Source: Deltaproteobacteria bacterium
GTDB lineage: Bacteria; Myxococcota_A; UBA9042; DTJE01
DNA length: 64,000 bases
Assembly: GCA_029547805.1 (NCBI GenBank)
Contig: JAKPOP010000010.1
Coordinates: 680,452 to 744,451, forward strand
Direction: 5' to 3'
Positions 58,388 through 64,000 of the stretch are shown in pieces. Both the position numbers and the translations under genes were made by a program. Each line of letters starts with the position of its first letter. Positions within the stretch are counted from its first letter, which is position 1. The notes under the pieces were generated by a model that worked only from the letters and a program-made list of their open reading frames with translations, made no database searches and was not told where the DNA came from.

Positions 58388-58558
58388 AGGCCAGCACCAG
58401 GCACGCCAGGATCGGGATGCCTCTCTTCATGACGCCTCCAGCGGTGTCTGGACCCGTGCCCTGCCGCGTCCCAGGAGCCGCGGACATCCCGGGCCGGGAG
58501 GCAGTGTAGCCCGGCCGTGGCCAATGCTCCAGCGGCACTCCTGGCCAAAAACGACCTG

Positions 58559-59437
58559 CTAGGGAGCGAGGATGCGTCCTGGGGCGCCGTTTCGCCCCTC
58601 CCGGGTATGGCAGTCCATGCAGTTCATGTTGTCCTGGGGGGTGGCCATCATCCGCTCCCGGCCGCCCAGGGCGAGTCGGACGGTGTAGGGCCGGGCGGGC
58701 TGGAAGGCCCCGGAGGCCATGAAGTTCCCCGAGGCATTGGTCACAAACGTCGTGCGGCTGCCGTTGGCGTCGGTGATCTCGACGGTCACGCCGGAAACCC
58801 CGAGGCAGTCGTCCACGTCCCGGAGGGCGCCCATCACGGTCCCGGCCATCGGGAACAGGGGGGCATCGTCTTCGCCCGCGGCCCGCTGCTGCTGGTGGCA
58901 GGCGATGCAGTTCCGGCCGGGATGCATCTCGGGCTTCCCGTCGTCCCCCTTCAGCCAGTAGGCCCCCGAGGAACAGGCCACCTCGGGGACCTCGGGACCC
59001 GTGTCCACACCCCCCGGGTCCCCGCCGGCCGGCAGGTCGTCGCCACCGGGAACCGGGGGACAGTCGGCCTTGCCGTCGGCGATCCACTGGGCCACGGTCC
59101 GGACGTCCCCCGGAGGCACCGAACCACCCGGGGGCATGCTCCCGGCCTGCATCCGGGCCAGGCCCCGGTCGGCATTGGCCGATGCCAGCGCGTAGGTGTC
59201 GTAGTCCACCCCCGCCGGGGCGCCACTCCGGGCCGCGCCGCTCCGGGTGCTGGCATGGCACCCGGTGCACCACCGCTCCAGGACCGGCCGGACGTCCCGG
59301 CACCACGAGACGACGGTCCCCGCCGGCAGGTCCGGCGCCGGGGCCAGATCGATGGCCCGCACCGGGTCGATCTTCTGGCCGCAGGCCCAGAGGCCCAGCA
59401 TCGCTGCGCACATCACCACCAGGCGATTCCGATCCAT
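58559..59437 (-). CDS. Triheme c-type cytochrome lipoprotein with an embedded CarboxypepD_reg-like beta-sandwich
   Basis: Signal + lipobox MDRNRLVVMCAAMLGLWACGQ. Three CxxCH motifs (CTGCH, CIACH, CMDCH). Segment VTVEITDANGSRTTFVTNASGNF between hemes 2 and 3. Confidence 0.8.
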   Translation of the reverse strand: MDRNRLVVMCAAMLGLWACGQKIDPVRAIDLAPAPDLPAGTVVSWCRDVRPVLERWCTGCHASTRSGAARSGAPAGVDYDTYALASANADRGLARMQAGSMPPGGSVPPGDVRTVAQWIADGKADCPPVPGGDDLPAGGDPGGVDTGPEVPEVACSSGAYWLKGDDGKPEMHPGRNCIACHQQQRAAGEDDAPLFPMAGTVMGALRDVDDCLGVSGVTVEITDANGSRTTFVTNASGNFMASGAFQPARPYTVRLALGGRERMMATPQDNMNCMDCHTREGRNGAPGRILAP

Positions 59438-59456
59438 GGTTCTCCTCCTGGCCGGC

Positions 59457-59861
59457 TCAGTCGTCCAGCGTCAGGATCACCCGGTCCCCGTCCAGTTGGG
59501 CCGGAATGGTCTTCAGGGGCCTCGGGGCGGGGCCCTCCAGCACCGTGCCGTCCAGCCCGAACCCCGAGGCATGACACGGGCATCGGACCTTCTTCGCCGC
59601 CGCGTCCCACTGGACGATGCACTCCTGGTGCGTGCAGACCGGGTGGAGGGCCTTCACGGTGGTCTCCGAGTCCCGGACCACCAGGACCTGCCGGTCCTTG
59701 AGCCGGAGCAGCGTCCCCTGCCCCACGGTCTTGAGCGCCTCGGCCTTGTCCAGCCCCACCGCCACCTTCTTCGCCAGCGCCGGCCGGACCGGCAGCAAGG
59801 TCGCCGTGACCCCCGCCGCCGCCCCGATGGCCAGCCCCTTCAGGAACTCTCGCCGTTTCAT
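59457..59861 (-). CDS. Tat-exported Rieske [2Fe-2S] protein
   Basis: Start at MKRREFLKGLAIGAAAGVTA (twin-arginine motif, M176 of the track ORF). Rieske boxes CTHQEC and CPCHAS. 134 aa. Confidence 0.85.
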   Translation of the reverse strand: MKRREFLKGLAIGAAAGVTATLLPVRPALAKKVAVGLDKAEALKTVGQGTLLRLKDRQVLVVRDSETTVKALHPVCTHQECIVQWDAAAKKVRCPCHASGFGLDGTVLEGPAPRPLKTIPAQLDGDRVILTLDD

Positions 59862-59899
59862 GACCGCCTCCTGCTTCTTGCCACCAGGTTCCTCGCCCC

Positions 59900-60823
59900 C
59901 TACCGCCGTCCCAGGCCCCACTCCCGGACCACCTGGAACCCGACGATCAGCCTCTTGTAGTCCCGCGAACTGTTGGCCACCACCCCGTCGGCCCCGATGT
60001 ACTGGGTGTTGCTGAGCACCAGCGCAAAGACGTGCCGCGGGGTCAGAAATTTCACCGCCGACGAGAAGGAGGGCCACTTCGCCCCGTAGCCGGCGACCCG
60101 GAAGGAGGCCTCGACGTTCCAGGCCAGCCAGGGCAGGATCCGGACCTCCACCGCCCCGGGAACCGCCAGAGACCAGTTCGTGTCGGCGGTGCTCTTCACG
60201 TCGCTGGAGGAGTCGCTGTGGAACAGCAGGCCCGTGCCCAGGGTCAGGCGCTTCCAGAGGGTCCCGCTGACCAGCAGCTGGCCGAACCCCCCGACGGCGT
60301 CCCGGGCATGGCGCTGGCTGAACCACGACAGGCCCCCGCGAACCGCCAGGTCCAGATAATGCCGTTCCTGTCGCAGGAAGCACCACTTCGCGTCGAACTG
60401 GTAGGTGTCGAAGGCGTCGGTGGCGTTGCTCATCCGGTAAACCCCGACGTCCAGGCCATCCAGGATGCCGAACCGCAGCCCCAGGCCGACCCGGAGCCCG
60501 CCGCCGTCGAACCCGAACAGGTCATGCCAGGTGTCCTTGTTGAAGGCCGGTGAGAAGGTCCGGTGGTCCACCACCAGCACGAGGGCCATCTTCCGGACGG
60601 TCCGGGCCCACATCAGGTTCACGGCCCGGTCCATCTGGACGACCTGGGAGGGGTCCCAGCGGGGGTCCTCCTGGACCACCTCCACCTCCTCCACCTCCTC
60701 GACGGGCTCCTCGACACTGGCGGAGCCCTGGCTGCCGGGGGCCCCGGTCTCCCCCAGCGCGACGCCCGACCATGCGATGAGAATGGGCAGCAGCCACCAC
60801 GCGACCACGGTCCGCGCCGGCAT
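59900..60823 (-). CDS. Secreted hypothetical protein, beta-rich, possible outer-membrane protein, with an acidic N-terminal EEV repeat
   Basis: Signal MPARTVVAWWLLPILIAWSGVALG. EEPVEEVEEVEVVQED linker. Alternating hydrophobic pattern through the C-terminal 230 aa. No terminal aromatic residue, so the OMP assignment is tentative. Confidence 0.55.
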   Translation of the reverse strand: MPARTVVAWWLLPILIAWSGVALGETGAPGSQGSASVEEPVEEVEEVEVVQEDPRWDPSQVVQMDRAVNLMWARTVRKMALVLVVDHRTFSPAFNKDTWHDLFGFDGGGLRVGLGLRFGILDGLDVGVYRMSNATDAFDTYQFDAKWCFLRQERHYLDLAVRGGLSWFSQRHARDAVGGFGQLLVSGTLWKRLTLGTGLLFHSDSSSDVKSTADTNWSLAVPGAVEVRILPWLAWNVEASFRVAGYGAKWPSFSSAVKFLTPRHVFALVLSNTQYIGADGVVANSSRDYKRLIVGFQVVREWGLGRR

Positions 60824-60958
60824 CGGTCACCTCCCCCGACCATTTCTGCGAGGCTTGAGGGAAGGATACTCCGGGCATGACGCCACGGGCAAGGACTTTT
60901 GGACTTTTCGGAGAAGGCTTCTCTGGGTATCATCGGACGTCCCTGGAGGGAGTCATCG

Positions 60959-61411
60959 ATGCGTGCCCAGACGTGCCTGACGCTGCTGCTGGTCCCCTCG
61001 GCCCTGGCCTGCTACGACACGGGTCCCCTGATGCGCCCCGGCGAGAACTGCATGGGGTGCCACACCGGCGGCCGGGCGCCCCGGTGGGAGGTCGCCGGCA
61101 CGGTCTTCGAGTGCGCCCAGGCCGATCGCCACGAGGGGGTGGCCGGCGTGGACGTGGTGTTCCGGGACGCGAACGGCACCGAGGTGCTGCGCCTGACGAC
61201 CAACGAGGCCGGCAACTTCTACTCGAAGACGGACCTGCCCGAGGGATACCGGGTCTCCCTGGTCCGGGGCGAGACGGTGCGGGAGATGCCCTTCACGCCC
61301 ACCAAGGGGGCCTGCAACTCGTGTCACACCATGCCGCCGGAGAACGGGGCCCCGGGGCGGCTGTACATCGGGACCATCCCGTGCAGCGCTCCGGCCCCGT
61401 CGGACTCCTGA
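60959..61411 (+). CDS. Diheme c-type cytochrome lipoprotein, paralogous to the 58559..59437 cytochrome
   Basis: Start at MRAQTCLTLLLVPSALAC (lipobox, M21 of the track ORF). SD GGAGGGA upstream. CMGCH and CNSCH. Same inter-heme CarboxypepD_reg-like segment (VDVVFRDANGTEVLRLTTNEAGNF). Confidence 0.75.
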   Translation: MRAQTCLTLLLVPSALACYDTGPLMRPGENCMGCHTGGRAPRWEVAGTVFECAQADRHEGVAGVDVVFRDANGTEVLRLTTNEAGNFYSKTDLPEGYRVSLVRGETVREMPFTPTKGACNSCHTMPPENGAPGRLYIGTIPCSAPAPSDS

Positions 61412-61577
61412 GAGGTCCCGCCATCCCCCCGATCGGCCGAACGTTCGGTCGGGCCCCTTCCTGGGTGACCGGAAGGGCCCTCCCGATTCCGGAGGCGATC
61501 GGTCCTCGACAGGCTTGCCGAAGTCAACGGCCTCCGTGTAGGATCCATGTACCGACAATCAGGACGTCGACGGGCCG

Positions 61578-63899
61578 ATGAACGACCGGCAACCACAGTT
61601 CATGATGGACGACTCGGTCCCCTGGACCGAACCCCTCTGGGTCGCCCTGGACCGCAGTGGCCGGATCCTGCGGCGGACGGGACGTCTCGACGACCTCCTG
61701 CGAACAGGGACCCCGATCGAGACGCTGGCCGACCTCCCCGTCCCTGCGGAGGAACGGGCCTGTCTCCACCGGGAACTGGGCCATGTCTTCCAGGGGGAGC
61801 CCACCGCCCCGGTGACGCTGCACGTCCGGGTCGGGGACGCCCAGGAGCGATGCGTGGAGGCCCGTTTCTGCCCCTGGATTGTCGCCGATCCCGTTCCGAC
61901 CGCGGCGTACCTCTTCCGGTCCATCGACCGCCTCGTCGCCACGCAGCGACAACTGGAGGACTTGGCGGAGAAGTTCCGGATGATGACCGAGGCCTCGGGT
62001 GACGTGATCTGGATGAGCGAGCCCACCCACCGGATGACCTACATCTCGCCCGCCATCGTGCCCCACCTGGGATTCACGCCCGAGGAGTACATGGCGTTGC
62101 CCCCGGAGGGACGGTTCCCGCCGGAGGAGTTGCGGATGCTCGCAGACGCCTTCCGGCGGGAGTATCAGGTTGCCCGGCAGAAGGCGGCCCGGGGCGAGCG
62201 ACATTCCTACGTGCTGGAACTGCGCCACTATCACAAGGACGGATCGCTGCGGTGGGGAGAGGTCCACGTCGGGTTCCTGTTCGACCGGGACGGGAGGCTG
62301 ACGGGCCTCCAGGGGATCACCCGCAACATCCATGCCCGGAAGCATGCCGAGGAGGCCCTCGCCCGGAGCGAGGAGCACTACCGCCGCCTCTTCGAGGAGC
62401 ATCGACTCGGCCTGGCCGTCTGCGAGGTGATCCGGAACGACCAGGGCGTTCCCGTCGATGCACGGTATCTCCAGGTGAACCCGGCCTACCAGGTCCACGT
62501 GGGCCTGGACCCCCAGGCGGTGATCGGCCGGAAGGCCTCGGAGATCTTCACTCCCGAGGAACTCTCGCGGGGGCTGGCGACGTTGGAGAAGGTCCTGTCG
62601 GGGGTCACCTGCCGGGAGGACACCTACCTCCCCTCCCTGGACCGGTGGTTCGACGCGACCACCTGGGCCCTCTCACCAGACCGCTACGTCGTGATGGTCG
62701 AGGACATCACCCAGCGCCGGCGACTGGAGCAGACCGCGGAGCGGGCTCACCGGCTGGAGTCCCTGGGGGTCCTGGCCGGTGGCATCGCCCATGACTTCAA
62801 CAACCTGCTGACCGGCATCCTGGGCAGCCTGTCCCTGATCGCGATGGAGACCGCCCACCTGGACCCCGTGGCGGACCTGGTACGCACGGCACGGGAGGCC
62901 TGCGACCGGGCCCAGGGACTCACGCGCCAGTTGCTGGCCTTCAGCCGGGGCGGCGAGCCCGTCCGGGAACGGGCGGACCTGGGGCGGCTGATCCAGCAGG
63001 CAGCCGGTTTCGCGCTGGCAGGAACCGGGGTGTCCTGCGACTACCGGTTCCCCGGCCAGCCCGTCTTCACGGCGGTGGACGCCGGGCAGATCGGCCAGGT
63101 GATCCAGAACCTGGTGATCAATGCCGTCCAGGCCATGGAGGGCCACGGTCGCCTGGTGATCCGGATGGAGCCGACCGGGAGCCCCAGGACCGTCCCCCAG
63201 GGCCTCGGCCCCGGACCCCGGGTCCGGATCGATGTCGAGGACTCGGGGCCTGGCATCGCGCCGGAGCACCTCTCGCGGATCTTCGAGCCCTACTACACGA
63301 CCCGCGCCGACGGCACGGGACTGGGACTGGCCATCGCCTTCCGGATTGTGCAGCGCCACGGGGGCACGCTGACCGTCGAGTCCCGACCGGGCCAGGGGGC
63401 CTGCTTCTCGATCTGGCTCCCCGGCGAGGACCAGGGTCCCGCATCCCGGCCCGTCGCCCCGGCAGGCACGCCTCCAGGGGCGACCCTCTCCCGGAAGGTG
63501 CTGGTGCTGGAGGACCACCCGTCGGTGCAGCGGATGATCCGGGCCATGCTGGAGCGGATGGGACACCGGGTGGACCTCTTCGAGGACGGGGACCAGGCCA
63601 TTGCCGCCTGGCGGGAGGCCCGTGCCCGGGGAGCCCCCTACGACCTGGGCATCCTGGACCTCGTCGTGCCGGGCCGCACCGGAGGCCGAGAGACGGCCGC
63701 GGCCATCCTCCAGGACGACCCCGAGGCGTGCCTGGTGGTGAGCAGCGGCTACTCCCAGGACGGCGTGCTGGCCGACCACGACCGCCACGGGTTTCGAGAC
63801 CGCTTGCCAAAGCCCTTTCACTACGATACGGTCCGAGCCTTGATGGACCGCCTGTTTCCCCGTGTCCCGTCGGATGCGGACGCCGGAGAGAACCCCTGA
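61578..63899 (+). CDS. Hybrid sensor histidine kinase (PAS/PAC sensor domains + HisKA + HATPase_c + receiver)
   Basis: 773 aa. H-box GGIAHDFNNLL. G-boxes DSGPGIA / GTGLGLA. REC VLVLEDHP...D...K. Two PAS-like regions. Confidence 0.85.
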   Translation: MNDRQPQFMMDDSVPWTEPLWVALDRSGRILRRTGRLDDLLRTGTPIETLADLPVPAEERACLHRELGHVFQGEPTAPVTLHVRVGDAQERCVEARFCPWIVADPVPTAAYLFRSIDRLVATQRQLEDLAEKFRMMTEASGDVIWMSEPTHRMTYISPAIVPHLGFTPEEYMALPPEGRFPPEELRMLADAFRREYQVARQKAARGERHSYVLELRHYHKDGSLRWGEVHVGFLFDRDGRLTGLQGITRNIHARKHAEEALARSEEHYRRLFEEHRLGLAVCEVIRNDQGVPVDARYLQVNPAYQVHVGLDPQAVIGRKASEIFTPEELSRGLATLEKVLSGVTCREDTYLPSLDRWFDATTWALSPDRYVVMVEDITQRRRLEQTAERAHRLESLGVLAGGIAHDFNNLLTGILGSLSLIAMETAHLDPVADLVRTAREACDRAQGLTRQLLAFSRGGEPVRERADLGRLIQQAAGFALAGTGVSCDYRFPGQPVFTAVDAGQIGQVIQNLVINAVQAMEGHGRLVIRMEPTGSPRTVPQGLGPGPRVRIDVEDSGPGIAPEHLSRIFEPYYTTRADGTGLGLAIAFRIVQRHGGTLTVESRPGQGACFSIWLPGEDQGPASRPVAPAGTPPGATLSRKVLVLEDHPSVQRMIRAMLERMGHRVDLFEDGDQAIAAWREARARGAPYDLGILDLVVPGRTGGRETAAAILQDDPEACLVVSSGYSQDGVLADHDRHGFRDRLPKPFHYDTVRALMDRLFPRVPSDADAGENP

Positions 63900-64000
63900 T
63901 GTCCCGAAGATTCTGGTGGGTCCCGCTGCTGGGGTTGACCTGGGGCTGCGGCGCCGGGACGACTCCAGGCCCCGATGCCACGACCGACCCGGGGGATGCC
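63900..64000 (+). CDS. 5' end of a lipoprotein gene (runs off the window)
   Basis: ATG overlaps the HK stop (TGATG). N-terminal MSRRFWWVPLLGLTWGCGAG has a lipobox. Confidence 0.4.

Noticed and set aside
58326-59411. 361-aa minus-strand ORF overlapping the cytochrome c gene
   Set aside because: The body is a shadow frame of the cytochrome gene. Only its last 35 codons (the lipoprotein signal peptide before the G9 tract) are meaningful. They are discussed under the homopolymer finding.
1-64000. CRISPR arrays, rRNA, tRNA
   Set aside because: No regularly spaced direct repeats, no rRNA-like conserved blocks and no cloverleaf candidates were seen in any intergenic region.

Overview
A 64 kb, roughly 70% GC bacterial chromosomal segment, most likely from a Myxococcota genome. 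Two large secreted proteases end in MYXO-CTERM-type tails (Cys, Gly-rich segment, hydrophobic stretch, RRRR), and three unrelated secreted proteins share a myxobacterial-style Cys-rich repeat (CxDxNxCTxDxC...). I call about 45 genes. Housekeeping genes (rph, pgsA-like, murC, murD, holB, sfsA, an RNase II-family exoribonuclease, a soluble lytic transglycosylase) are interleaved with accessory functions. The accessory content is:
- a Ser/Thr kinase fused to two cNMP-binding domains, divergent from an MBL-fold hydrolase that looks like a class-II phosphodiesterase;
- an RRM RNA-binding protein operon;
- a fused phosphate butyryltransferase/butyrate kinase;
- a complete MoxR/Bat aerotolerance-type operon;
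- GT4 and Wzy-like envelope genes;
- a 1521-aa TPR protein;
- a C25 (gingipain-like) and an M6 metalloprotease;
- a cluster of secreted redox proteins (OM-like protein, Tat-Rieske, triheme cytochrome c lipoprotein, paralogous diheme cytochrome c);
- a small lower-GC islet (about 50.36-52.76 kb) holding an IS5-family transposase remnant and a solitary phage-type SNF2 helicase.
No rRNA, tRNA or CRISPR array was found. In this GC-rich DNA every real gene is shadowed by long G/P/R-rich ORFs in other frames. I chose the real frames by recognisable domains and amino-acid composition. Coordinates come from the supplied ORF track plus residue counting and may be off by a few nucleotides at starts.
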